Of a DNA stretch of 64,000 bases, positions 53,211-62,721 are shown one piece after another. The translations under genes were made by a program, and so were the position numbers. This stretch comes from an uncultured bacterium (GTDB lineage: Bacteria > Zixibacteria > MSB-5A5 > CAIYYT01). The notes below the pieces were generated by a model. That model was not told where the DNA came from and did not search any database. It saw nothing but the letters and a program-made list of their open reading frames with translations. Location of the stretch: assembly GCA_963726455.1 (NCBI GenBank), contig CAVSCK010000004.1:1760001-1824000 (forward strand). Direction: 5' to 3'. Each line of letters opens with the position of its first letter. The first letter of the stretch is position 1.

Positions 53211-54179
53211 TCAGATCTCGATATTGATGATCCGCCTGATGACCAGAATTCCGATAATCTGCATGACCACCGCTGTTGCCAGCAGGTATTCACCGGTTCT
53301 TTCCTTAATGAGGACCATGAAATAGTCCGGATTAAGGGTTAGAATGATCGCGACCATCACGAGCGGCATCAATACCAACACGAAACCCGAGAATCGCCCG
53401 TGTGCCGTCTTTGTCTTGATCTCGCGTTTCAGCCGGAATCGGTCACGTATCGTGGCTGACGTCTTTTCGAGAATTTCCGCCAGGTTACCACCGATGCGAC
53501 GATGTATCAGCAGCGCAACGACCAGTAGATCGAGATCGTTGCTCGGGTTGCGCTCACGCAGCCCAGCCAGGGCGTCGACCAGGGGAACGCCGAGATTCTG
53601 CTCTTCAAAGACAATGGCGAATTCCAGCCCCACCGGGTCAGGTATTTCCTGAGCCACCATCTTCATTGCCAACTCAAAAGTGAATCCTGCGCGCAGTGAG
53701 TTGACCACCATATCCAGTGCTTCAGGCAACAGTTCCTCAAATCGTTGGACGCGTTGATTGCGTTTATGTCTGAGGTATAGATATGGCAGCAATCCGGCGA
53801 CCGGCATAATCGTCAATGCCAGCAGATAACTATGAGTGGTATACTGCATAACTAGAAAAGCGAGACTGGCGAGGCACAACATCGACAAAATGATTGTCCC
53901 CGGGTTTGTCGCAAGTCCGGCCTGCTTGATGAGCTTCTTGAGATGTTCGCCGAACGCGAATTTGCGGAGCAGGCGATTCATCAGCGGTATTTCCGAGAGT
54001 TTTTCCTCGCGCATGAGCAGGGATACATTCTCGGATTCCTGCTCCTGGCCGGAGAGTCTTTCGACACGCTCCTTGGTCGATCGCATTTGCCAGCTTAGCC
54101 GTGCCCGTACGATGTAAAACACGACCAGCACGAAAACTAGCACAGCCGAAAAGACCACTATGGCAATCGCAATCAACAT
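53211..54179 (-). CDS. tadB: Tad pilus inner-membrane platform protein TadB
   Basis: LPEALD...LRAG, EQNLG, GGNLAEIL, TIRDR, TAHGR.S. Confidence 0.92.
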   Translation of the reverse strand: MLIAIAIVVFSAVLVFVLVVFYIVRARLSWQMRSTKERVERLSGQEQESENVSLLMREEKLSEIPLMNRLLRKFAFGEHLKKLIKQAGLATNPGTIILSMLCLASLAFLVMQYTTHSYLLALTIMPVAGLLPYLYLRHKRNQRVQRFEELLPEALDMVVNSLRAGFTFELAMKMVAQEIPDPVGLEFAIVFEEQNLGVPLVDALAGLRERNPSNDLDLLVVALLIHRRIGGNLAEILEKTSATIRDRFRLKREIKTKTAHGRFSGFVLVLMPLVMVAIILTLNPDYFMVLIKERTGEYLLATAVVMQIIGILVIRRIINIEI

Positions 54180-54192
54180 TCCCAAATGCTCC

Positions 54193-55503
54193 CTACGGAT
54201 TGAAGAGATCGCCCGGCAGCTTGACACCGGATTTCATAATTTGCTCAAGATAATTGGGCCTTATGCCAGTGGGACGGAAGCGACCGATCACGTGCCCGTT
54301 CTCTTCGACACCCTGTTTTTCGAATATGAATAGCTCCTGCATCGAAATCGTCCCTTGCTCCATGCCGACGATTTCCGATATGCTCGAAATTCGGCGCGAA
54401 CCGTCACTGTAACGATTGATCTGAATAATGATATTGATAGCGGATGAAACTAATTCGCGAATCGCCTTCTCCGGGATTTCGATACCCGTCAGCAGCATCA
54501 GGGTTTCCAGCCGCAGCAACACATCGCGAGGGCCGCTGGCATGGATCGTCGTCAGTGAGCCATCATGGCCGGTGTTCATCGCCTGCAACATGTCGTAAAT
54601 CTCAGGCCCGCGCACCTCGCCGATAATAATGCGGTTAGGGCGCATGCGCAGCGCATTACGGACAAGATCACGTTGGGTAATCTGTCCGCGGCCTTCAACG
54701 TTCGGCGGCCGTGTTTCGAGGCGTACCACGTGCGGCTGCTGCAGGCGCAACTCCGCGGAATCCTCAATCGTGACGATACGTTCGCCATCCGGAATATAGC
54801 AGGACATGATATTCAGCAGTGTTGTTTTGCCGGCGCCGGTGCCTCCCGAAATCAGCACGTTGAGCCGCGCGCGCACGCATCCCTGCAGAAATTGTACCAT
54901 GCTGAACGAAATCGATTCGTACTTGAGCAGGTCATCCATGCTTAGAACATCTTTGCGGAATTTGCGAATGGACAACATCGGCCCATCCAGTGCGACCGGC
55001 GGAATGATGGCATTGACGCGCGAACCATCGGTCAGGCGGGCGTCAACCATCGGCGACGATTCATCCACTCGTCTTCCGACCACCGAAAGGATGCGATCGA
55101 TAATCAGCAGAACATGACTATCATCTTTGAATTTCGTATCCGTTAATTCCAGCTGCCCGAAGCGCTCGACATATACTTGTCCGTGTCCGTTGACCAGCAC
55201 GTCGGTGACCTCTGGATCGTGCATATATTGCTCGATCGGCCCCAATCCCAAGGTCTCATCCATGATTTCCGAGATCAGGCGCTCTTTTGATTCGAGCGAG
55301 AGGTAGAGATTCTCTTCCTGAACCAGCGTCTCCGCCGCATCCTTGATCTGCTGTCGCAGCAGACTTCGATCCAGACTCGCCAAAGCCGAGAGATCGAGTC
55401 GGTCGATCATCTTCTTGTGCAGGCGGCTTTTCAGTTCCTGGAAACTGTCGCGGCGTTCCCGGGGCGCTTCTGCCTTTGGTCCAGTGGACAACCAGCGTCC
55501 CAT
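54193..55503 (-). CDS. cpaF: Tad pilus ATPase CpaF/TadA; native 5' end uncertain or truncated
   Basis: [24 protein letters not shown], Walker [38 protein letters not shown]. Confidence 0.9.
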   Translation of the reverse strand: MGRWLSTGPKAEAPRERRDSFQELKSRLHKKMIDRLDLSALASLDRSLLRQQIKDAAETLVQEENLYLSLESKERLISEIMDETLGLGPIEQYMHDPEVTDVLVNGHGQVYVERFGQLELTDTKFKDDSHVLLIIDRILSVVGRRVDESSPMVDARLTDGSRVNAIIPPVALDGPMLSIRKFRKDVLSMDDLLKYESISFSMVQFLQGCVRARLNVLISGGTGAGKTTLLNIMSCYIPDGERIVTIEDSAELRLQQPHVVRLETRPPNVEGRGQITQRDLVRNALRMRPNRIIIGEVRGPEIYDMLQAMNTGHDGSLTTIHASGPRDVLLRLETLMLLTGIEIPEKAIRELVSSAINIIIQINRYSDGSRRISSISEIVGMEQGTISMQELFIFEKQGVEENGHVIGRFRPTGIRPNYLEQIMKSGVKLPGDLFNP

Positions 55504-55723
55504 CACCTCCAAACGGGAAATGAATACCAACGTCCGCGTAAAGGATGGCGAGACGCTTGTCATGGGTGGATTACTCCGAGAATCCAAGGTTCAGGATGTA
55601 CAGAAACTGCCCGGCTTGGGGAATATTCCTCTCATCGGCCGGCTGTTCCAGCATCGCACCACCCGCAATGAGAAGACGGATCTAACGGTCTTCATCACAC
55701 CCAAGGTGATCAAGCCGGAGTAA
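55476..55723 (+). pseudogene. Orphan 3' fragment (about 80 aa) of a GspD/PilQ-type secretin
   Basis: [26 protein letters not shown]...KLPGLGNIPLIGRLF...KTDLTVFITPKVI*; upstream sequence is the antisense of cpaF. Confidence 0.85.
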
Positions 55724-55814
55724 CTCAACCTCCGCCCTCGTTTTTGACTTGACAGCACGCCTGCGAACGTCATTCATTCGGTCTATTTCACTAACCATTG
55801 GAAGGAGTTAGGCC

Positions 55815-55925
55815 ATGGCGAAAGAAGTGAAAAAGGTTCCGTGCGCAGGTAAGAGCGCCGAAGGCAAACCGTGCAAGTGCATGGTGGTTCCGCCTGCCAA
55901 GTTCTGTAAGCGTCACCAGAAATAG
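55815..55925 (+). CDS. 36-aa CCCH zinc-finger miniprotein MAKEVKKVPCAGKSAEGKPCKCMVVPPAKFCKRHQK
   Basis: SD AAGGAG; C-x9-C-x10-C-x2-H with the CxGxxxxGxPC pattern; basic. Confidence 0.75.
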   Translation: MAKEVKKVPCAGKSAEGKPCKCMVVPPAKFCKRHQK

Positions 55926-55987
55926 AGTCGGAGCGAAACCGCAGGTCATATTAGGCGGCTGCCGGTGACGCGGATTCAATTCATATC

Positions 55988-56521
55988 ATGTCCGCCGACG
56001 CAAGACATCTTCTATTAACCGGACTGCCCGGCGTAGGGAAGACTACGCTCATCAGGAAGCTCGCCGCCGAACTATCGGCGCTTGATCCCGCAGGTTTCTA
56101 CACCGAAGAAATCCGAATTGGCAGCGTGCGTAAGGGCTTTCAGTTGGTGACTCTCGACGGCAACCGAAGCATTCTGTCGCACGTCGATTTCACCGGCAAC
56201 GCCAGAGTAGGAAAGTACGGCGTCGATGTTGCCGGCTTCGACGACTTGCTGGACAAACTCGATCTAATGAACTCTTCGGCACGAATCGTAGTTGTCGATG
56301 AAATCGGCAAAATGGAATCGCTGTCCGCCAAATTCCGGAAGTTAATTTCTCAAATCCTCGATTCGGATAAAACATTGCTCGCCACCATAGCTCTCAAAGG
56401 CGCCGGAATAATTGAAACCGTAAAGTGTCGGGAAGATGTCAAAGTCATACATATCACTCCGCAGAATCGCGACCTCCTCGTAACAGAATTAACGGACTGG
56501 ATTAGAAAGAGGACGACTTAA
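55988..56521 (+). CDS. NTPase_1 (THEP1/HCR-NTPase) family nucleoside triphosphatase
   Basis: TGLPGVGKTT, GFYTEEIR, VGKYGV, VVDEIGKME, NRD. Confidence 0.92.
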   Translation: MSADARHLLLTGLPGVGKTTLIRKLAAELSALDPAGFYTEEIRIGSVRKGFQLVTLDGNRSILSHVDFTGNARVGKYGVDVAGFDDLLDKLDLMNSSARIVVVDEIGKMESLSAKFRKLISQILDSDKTLLATIALKGAGIIETVKCREDVKVIHITPQNRDLLVTELTDWIRKRTT

Positions 56522-57507
56522 TGCGCTCCATGCTGCTCAGAAAGCAACGACAGAGACTGGAGTTGGCGGATGTACCTCGGCCGGTGCCTGCGGCAGGGCA
56601 ATTGCTGATTCAAGTTCATGTTTGTGGCTTATGCCGAACTGATCTGCATGTCGTCGACGGCGATTTGCCGGAACCGAACCTGCCGGTGATTCCCGGCCAT
56701 CAAATTGTTGGCGTTGTAACGGATGCCTCACAGGGCACAGGTAAATTCAAACCGGGCGACAGAGTCGGAGTCCCCTGGCTCGGTTGGAGTTGCGGCGAAT
56801 GCAACTATTGCCTCTCTGACCGCGAGAATTTGTGCGACAACGCTCGCTACACCGGATATCAGATCAACGGCGGGTTCGCAGAGTTTTGCGTTGCCGATGA
56901 GCGCTTCTGTTTTCGGATTCCCGCAGACTATCCCGACTTGCAGGCAGCGCCGCTGCTTTGCGCCGGTTTGATCGGCCATCGATCGCTGCGAATGACCGGC
57001 GACGCCCGCCGACTTGGATTCTATGGCTTTGGCGCTGCGGCACATATCCTCTTGCAGGTGGCCAATTATCAGAAGCGCGAGGTCTATTCTTTCAGTCGTC
57101 CCGGTGATACTGCCAATCAGAACCTCGCTAGAGAGTTGGGTGCACATTGGGTCGGTAGTTCAAGTCAGATGCCGCCGGTGCCTTTGGATGCAGCGATAGT
57201 TTTCGCTCCTGTCGGCGACCTGGTGCCGACGGCGCTACGAGCTCTGGCCAAGGGCGGAATCGTCGTTTGCGCCGGAATTCACATGAGTGACATACCGGCC
57301 TTCCCGTATTCCATCTTGTGGGGCGAGCGAAGTATCAAATCAGTGGCGAATCTCACTCGTGCGGACGGTGAGGAATTTCTAAGCTTGGCGCCGAAGGTTC
57401 CTGTCAAAACTGAAGTTCACGCCTATCCATTGGAGCGTACAAACGAAGCGTTGGATGATCTGCGTAACGGCCGCTTCACTGGTGCTGCCGTGATTACATT
57501 ATCTTAG
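56521..57507 (+). CDS. Zinc-dependent alcohol dehydrogenase family protein
   Basis: CRTDLH, PGHQIVG, CGECNYC...C, LCAGLIG, GFYGFGAAA, GIHMSDIP. Confidence 0.92.
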   Translation: MRSMLLRKQRQRLELADVPRPVPAAGQLLIQVHVCGLCRTDLHVVDGDLPEPNLPVIPGHQIVGVVTDASQGTGKFKPGDRVGVPWLGWSCGECNYCLSDRENLCDNARYTGYQINGGFAEFCVADERFCFRIPADYPDLQAAPLLCAGLIGHRSLRMTGDARRLGFYGFGAAAHILLQVANYQKREVYSFSRPGDTANQNLARELGAHWVGSSSQMPPVPLDAAIVFAPVGDLVPTALRALAKGGIVVCAGIHMSDIPAFPYSILWGERSIKSVANLTRADGEEFLSLAPKVPVKTEVHAYPLERTNEALDDLRNGRFTGAAVITLS

Positions 57508-58700
57508 GCGTCAGCGGCGTTATCGGTTGGTCGGACTTTGGATGCGTCGCCTGTTTCTTCCCGATCTTCCGCATCACGAGTCGATAGATTGCGATAGGAG
57601 TTTATCGATTCCGCGGCCTGAAGCAGTGACTTGGTCACCGAAGAACTCTGCCCCGTGTTTAGAGTATCGTATATCGCTTTCTCAGTTTCCAATAACAGAT
57701 CGTCCGTCGTTAATTGCTTCTGATCCAGTTGATATTCGAACTGCCGTTGCCTGATGAAGTCCATGGCGCTTAGATTCCTACCACTGGCGGAAAACCCGAA
57801 CACTCCCTCATTTTGCAGATATTTCACATTGTCTTCGGTGGATGGTGACCCGCCACTCAGCATGGGATCCGGCGCTCGCCGAAAGTTCAACGCCGACGAA
57901 AGTTGCTTTTGCATCGCGGTTGGATCAGCCGGCGCCGCCGCTGAAGATTGCCCGGCCGTCCCAGTTAACATTGCACTGCCGGGATTATCCTGTTTGGCTT
58001 TTGGCGCATCTTTGGAGACTTCGGCGTTGGGCCTGTCCGGAGGCGTTGCCGATGTTTCCCTTGCCATCCTGATCCGAGCGGGCACGGACGCGAACATGTT
58101 TTTGTCATCCCACGAATTGGAGCTTCTTATTTGGCTCCGGTCGCCTGGATCTCTGCTTTCGTGAGGTCCGTCCGTGCCTGATGCGTGTGCCGGTGTCTGG
58201 TCGATAGTACTCGCCGCGCGCATTGGGGTACCCGTCTTGTTGGTCGATATCGCATAGGGCGAGGACACCGGCCGGGAATATGTGGACTTAATGGCAGGGG
58301 CTTTCTCTTTTCCGGATGACTTGTCGATCTTTTCGGCAGGCATCGATGCTTTCAGCCCGCCTTTCGACTCTTCAGAAACATCAATATGAACTTCGCTAGT
58401 CGGCCTATTTGACGACGCAGTCATTGGGCTACCTGCAGGAATTTCAGATTGTTTGCGAACGTAAGTGTCGACAGCACTTACAGTGTTGTTTCCTGAGGCG
58501 GGAGATTTCTTGCTGTCACTACCAGCAGCAATAGACACGGCGTTCTTCGGCTGATCCTTCGGAGACAGTCTGGTCTTGTCACGATCTCCCCTGGCAGCGC
58601 GGGCGGATCGCTCGTCCTCCTGCTGCTGGTTCCTCTTGATAGCAGACGCTATCGAGTTATCCACACCCAGCGTAGTCGTGACATTAGTTCTTATTGACAT
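57504..58700 (-). CDS. Hypothetical protein, largely low-complexity (S/A/P/D/K-rich) with a helical C-terminus
   Basis: 398-aa ORF, SD AAGGA; starts MSIRTN. Confidence 0.6.
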   Translation of the reverse strand: MSIRTNVTTTLGVDNSIASAIKRNQQQEDERSARAARGDRDKTRLSPKDQPKNAVSIAAGSDSKKSPASGNNTVSAVDTYVRKQSEIPAGSPMTASSNRPTSEVHIDVSEESKGGLKASMPAEKIDKSSGKEKAPAIKSTYSRPVSSPYAISTNKTGTPMRAASTIDQTPAHASGTDGPHESRDPGDRSQIRSSNSWDDKNMFASVPARIRMARETSATPPDRPNAEVSKDAPKAKQDNPGSAMLTGTAGQSSAAAPADPTAMQKQLSSALNFRRAPDPMLSGGSPSTEDNVKYLQNEGVFGFSASGRNLSAMDFIRQRQFEYQLDQKQLTTDDLLLETEKAIYDTLNTGQSSSVTKSLLQAAESINSYRNLSTRDAEDREETGDASKVRPTDNAADA

Positions 58701-59080
58701 GATCAGCTTCCTTTGCTGTTTGAAACATGCTCGGCTATTAGTCCTCCGCCGACCTTATACTCCTCAAATCTCGTGCCGAACCGCTATGAACATCGATGCG
58801 GCTGTCCGACAAGGGATTCGCAACTCACACTGTTGTTAGCCCGCCGGATAGCTGACGTTTCATTCCTGCACAAGTGGGATTGTTCCTATACCATGCGTCG
58901 CCGGACTATTCTTTGCGCCATGATCCGGTGGCATATTGGTTTTCGGCAGACTGGTGTTGGCGACTTCCGATACTCTCTGTGTCAAATCTGATCCTCTGTT
59001 TCTTACCTGCACAGTCGCATACAAGCGTAAGGTCTTGGTTCCTAACTGCATCAGATGACAATTGGGGATTGTTTCAGCAT

Positions 59081-59096
59081 TGGCAGACATGTTGCA
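59081..59096 (+). promoter_or_regulatory. Sigma54 (-24/-12) promoter of the flagellin-like gene
   Basis: TGGCAGACATGTTGCA: GG-N10-GC. Confidence 0.65.
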
Positions 59097-59133
59097 CAAA
59101 GAATCAGCCGGCAGTATGAGCCAAGGAGGAAGC

Positions 59134-59901
59134 GTGAGTATTAGGATCAACGGGAGCGGCGCCGGATTGAATGCCGTACGAAATATTTCCCTCATCCAGA
59201 GAAGCATCTCGCGCACCGCACAACGCCCGGCAAGCGTTAGCGAGGTCAGCCAGACTGCGGAGGGAATCGCAGACGCCATGAGCAGCGAACAGATGCGTTC
59301 TCAGATCGGATCTCTAACCCAGCAGATAAAGAATCTCGAATTCAGTGTAAATAGGACCAGGGCGGCGGACTCCGCGATTTCAGAATTGCGCGAAAAACTG
59401 AACGAAATCAAAGGGGTTGCAGTGCAGGCAGCCGACGAGGCATCTGCTACTCCCGAATCCGGGAAGGTCTATCAAAAGCAGGTCAACGCTGCAATATCCA
59501 CCTATAATCAGCGTCTCGATACCGCTGAGTATGCCGGAGCCAAGCTTCTGGACGGATCACAGGGGTCCGTCTGTCGGCTGGCGCCATTGGCAGATCTGGA
59601 CGTCTCTACGCCGAATGAGGCCTCCCAGTCTCTCAACAAAGTAAGTCTCGCCAAGTATGACGTTGAGACCGCGCAGGACATGGTCGATGCCAGCTCCAGG
59701 AACGAATATCAGAAGACGGTACGCACGCTGGAAGTCGCCTCCCAGAATCTGGTCGCCGCCGATAACCAGATTCTCGACACCGATTCGGCCCGCGAGCAGG
59801 CACTTTATCTAAAGGAACTGTTGCAGCGGCAGAGCGGCATGGCTGCTGTTTCACAAGGAAATCTGGCCGGAGATGCAGTCTTCAAACTTCTGCACGCCTG
59901 A
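59134..59901 (+). CDS. Highly divergent minimal flagellin-like protein
   Basis: GTG after GGAGGA. SIRIN..LNAVRN, MRSQI, AVQAA, YAGAKLLDGS; C-terminal QNLVAADNQILDTDSARE...QSGMAAVSQGN...VFKLL. Confidence 0.75.
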   Translation: MSIRINGSGAGLNAVRNISLIQRSISRTAQRPASVSEVSQTAEGIADAMSSEQMRSQIGSLTQQIKNLEFSVNRTRAADSAISELREKLNEIKGVAVQAADEASATPESGKVYQKQVNAAISTYNQRLDTAEYAGAKLLDGSQGSVCRLAPLADLDVSTPNEASQSLNKVSLAKYDVETAQDMVDASSRNEYQKTVRTLEVASQNLVAADNQILDTDSAREQALYLKELLQRQSGMAAVSQGNLAGDAVFKLLHA

Positions 59902-59965
59902 CCGGCCTTTGAATTTGTACCTCCCCCGTAGGTGTTCCTACACACCTAATGCGCTTTCTGCCTGA

Positions 59966-59999
59966 GAGACCCGGAATCCCCTTCCGGGTCTCGATCTTT
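59966..59999 (+). terminator. Hairpin/terminator after the flagellin-like gene
   Basis: GAGACCCGGAA-tcccc-TTCCGGGTCTC, 11-bp stem; weak U tract. Confidence 0.6.
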
Positions 60000-60074
60000 C
60001 ATGCCCACAATAGCTTGTATCGCGAACTCGCCGACGGCTCAGTTTCGACCTTTAAGTTTATGAAAATAAAGGAA

Positions 60075-60101
60075 TTAAGGATTTTGCCGGAATACCGATA
60101 A
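60075..60101 (+). promoter_or_regulatory. Sigma28 (FliA)-like promoter
   Basis: TTAAGGAT-N11-ACCGATAA versus consensus TAAAGTTT-N11-GCCGATAA. Confidence 0.5.
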
Positions 60102-60132
60102 TACCAGTGAGGTATACCTACGTCTTGGTGAA

Positions 60133-61701
60133 ATGCGAAATCTAGCAGGGTCCATAAGATCGTTATTTCCGCGGCTCGAAAGCATTTACGTCGCTTCCCG
60201 GGCTATCGCCGCTGTGGCTGTCGTCGTGTGGATGTTCACCACTACCCAGAGCGAGAGCACCCATCGGGCGCTGTCCTTCGGCATGGTCATCTTCTCAGCT
60301 CATCTGCTTATCTTCTATTTCATCTGGCGGAAGCGTCCGAAATTTATCGGCGAAGTCTTCGCCTATTCGCTCATTTTTGATATCATCTTCGTCACCTATC
60401 TGATCAAATACACCGGCGGGGCCTACTCCAGTTTCTACTTGCTCTACTACGTTGCGATCATGTTCTCGGCATACTACTTCAGTCTCAACGCCTGTGTGGC
60501 TATCTCTTTTGCCTGCACGACGGCGTACATTGTCAGTAATCCTGAACTGCTGACCAGGGTAAGCTTGATTGAGCTGGGTTTGCGCGTCGGCTTTGCCTGG
60601 TTTTTCGCCTACGCAGTCGGCTATGTATCGCGCCATATGAAACAGTCCGAAGCAAAATTGCTCAAGCTCCTCGACAACTTGAACGAAAGCACGACGGAGC
60701 TCGAACGGTCGCAAACGCGTATGCAGACCATTTACGAAACGTCTCGCGTACTGGGCGAAACTCATGACGAAAAGGAAATCACGGACAAGGTACTGGATAT
60801 CGCCGACAAGATACTGGGCTTTGAGATGTGCTCAATACAGCTTCTTAGCAGCACCGGTGAATCGCTTCGAGAGCGTGCCCGACTTCAGGACGGTGAAAGA
60901 CACACCAGCAAGCTTCGGGAACGACTGCCCCTGGTGGGATTGATGGCCGATGTTATCACCTCCGGCTCGGCCAAACGATTAGTCGATCTCGAAGGCGCGA
61001 TCGGCTATGTTGCCACCCTGGAAAATGCCCGCAGTGCGCTCATCGCGCCCATGATGTCTCATGGAAAAGTACTGGGGCTCTTGCAGGCAGAGTCGGTCAA
61101 GCGAAATCGCTTTAGTGATATGGATCAAAAAGTGTTTGCGACGCTCACGGCTTCGGCCGCTATGGCGTACGAAAACAGCCGTTTGCATCGTGAACTCGAA
61201 AAAATGGTCGTCATCGACGAACTGACCGGCGTCTACAATTACCGCTATTTCAGCGACAAACTGGCAGATGAAAAGAAACGTGCCGCTCGTTATCGTCAGC
61301 CGCTGTCACTTCTGATGGTTGATATCGACTGGTTCAAGAAATGCAACGACACCTTTGGTCACGAGGCTGGCAACGTGCTGCTGAAAGGCGTAGTCGGCGT
61401 GATTAAAGTCAATATCCGTGACACCGATATCCTGGCTCGCTACGGTGGCGAGGAATTCATTGTCATCTTGCCGCAGACTCTACATGAAGACGCCGAGATT
61501 ATTGCCGAGCGAATCCGCTCCGAAGTCGAACGCTCCAGTTTCGGTGACGGCGCCAAATTCCCGATCCTGCGCGCAACTGTATCCATCGGCATCACCACAT
61601 TTCCCGATAACGGACACGACGAAGAAGAAATTGTGCAGTTGGTTGACCGTGCAATGTATATTGCCAAGGGGCAGGGGAAAAATGCGGTTGCTACTGTCTA
61701 A
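60133..61701 (+). CDS. Membrane-bound diguanylate cyclase (TM-GAF-GGDEF)
   Basis: About 5 TMs with TGG..S.FY; GAF region; DELTG, DIDWFK..ND.FGH, RDTD I-site, RYGGEEF. Confidence 0.93.
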   Translation: MRNLAGSIRSLFPRLESIYVASRAIAAVAVVVWMFTTTQSESTHRALSFGMVIFSAHLLIFYFIWRKRPKFIGEVFAYSLIFDIIFVTYLIKYTGGAYSSFYLLYYVAIMFSAYYFSLNACVAISFACTTAYIVSNPELLTRVSLIELGLRVGFAWFFAYAVGYVSRHMKQSEAKLLKLLDNLNESTTELERSQTRMQTIYETSRVLGETHDEKEITDKVLDIADKILGFEMCSIQLLSSTGESLRERARLQDGERHTSKLRERLPLVGLMADVITSGSAKRLVDLEGAIGYVATLENARSALIAPMMSHGKVLGLLQAESVKRNRFSDMDQKVFATLTASAAMAYENSRLHRELEKMVVIDELTGVYNYRYFSDKLADEKKRAARYRQPLSLLMVDIDWFKKCNDTFGHEAGNVLLKGVVGVIKVNIRDTDILARYGGEEFIVILPQTLHEDAEIIAERIRSEVERSSFGDGAKFPILRATVSIGITTFPDNGHDEEEIVQLVDRAMYIAKGQGKNAVATV

Positions 61702-62714
61702 TGGCTGACCTACGACATTGCGTCGGCTCGCTGCTTGTCTGCGGATTTGCTGGAACCGACCTTCCGTCTGATTTTCGGACACAGCTCAAAGACAATTGCC
61801 TCGGCGGAATCATCCTGTTCGCCCGCAATTACACTTCGCGCGCGGCGCTTGCCCAATTAACGCAGCAGATTCAGCAGCTTTCCCCAACTCCCGTTCTGAT
61901 CGCCGTCGATCAGGAAGGCGGCAGAGTCGTTCGCTTCTCCGGAGATTTTCCCGTCTATCCATCACCGCAATATTTCGGACGTCGCCACGATATCGACGGA
62001 CTGCTCTTTGCCGCAGGCGAGACGGCAAAACAGCTCAAACAAGCCGGCGTCAATCTTAATCTGGTTCCGGTCTGCGACTTGTCTCCCGACAATTCAGCGC
62101 ATGTCATCTATTCACGCAGTTATTCCGCCGATCCCGAGGAAGTCTCCGAGATAGTCCGCGGACAGACTCATTCAATGCACCGGGAAGGCGTCTTGTCATG
62201 CGCTAAGCATTTCCCCGGTCTGGCATCGGCATTTGGTGATCCTCATGTCACCGTCTCCCAGTCGAACCAGTCGCTAAATGATTTTCGAAGCAGAGACTAC
62301 ATCCCCTTTCGAGCAGCAATTTCCGAAGTTGTCGATACCGTGATGGTTACCCACCTGAGAGCGCCGAAGATAGATCCTGATAACATAGCAACCTTCAGTC
62401 GCATCTTCATCGAACAGGAATTGCGCGAACACCTGGGTTTTGCAGGTCTCGTGATCTCCGATGATCTGCTTATGGCTGGCTCACTGGAAGGCATTACAGC
62501 TTCGCAAGCAGGAATAAAAGCTGTCACAGCCGGCTGTGACCTCTTGATTTATGGTGACCTATCGGATAATATCACTGAGACGATCGACTTGATCACCAGG
62601 GCTGCTGAAACTGATTCGGCGCTCGGCGATAAGATAGTCGACAGCAGCACGCGAATTGCGCAACTTAAACAGGATAAGATGACCAAAGGAGCAGAACCCC
62701 CTGAGTCAACTTAG
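61701..62714 (+). CDS. nagZ: Beta-N-acetylhexosaminidase (GH3)
   Basis: GGIILFARN, DQEGGRV.R, KHFPG...DPH, ISDDL.M. Confidence 0.88.
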   Translation: MADLRHCVGSLLVCGFAGTDLPSDFRTQLKDNCLGGIILFARNYTSRAALAQLTQQIQQLSPTPVLIAVDQEGGRVVRFSGDFPVYPSPQYFGRRHDIDGLLFAAGETAKQLKQAGVNLNLVPVCDLSPDNSAHVIYSRSYSADPEEVSEIVRGQTHSMHREGVLSCAKHFPGLASAFGDPHVTVSQSNQSLNDFRSRDYIPFRAAISEVVDTVMVTHLRAPKIDPDNIATFSRIFIEQELREHLGFAGLVISDDLLMAGSLEGITASQAGIKAVTAGCDLLIYGDLSDNITETIDLITRAAETDSALGDKIVDSSTRIAQLKQDKMTKGAEPPEST

Positions 62715-62721
62715 TAATGTA

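Noticed and set aside
58701-59080. Riboswitch (for example c-di-GMP) in the long divergent intergenic region
   Set aside because: No recognisable aptamer consensus by eye; an Rfam/Infernal scan would be needed.
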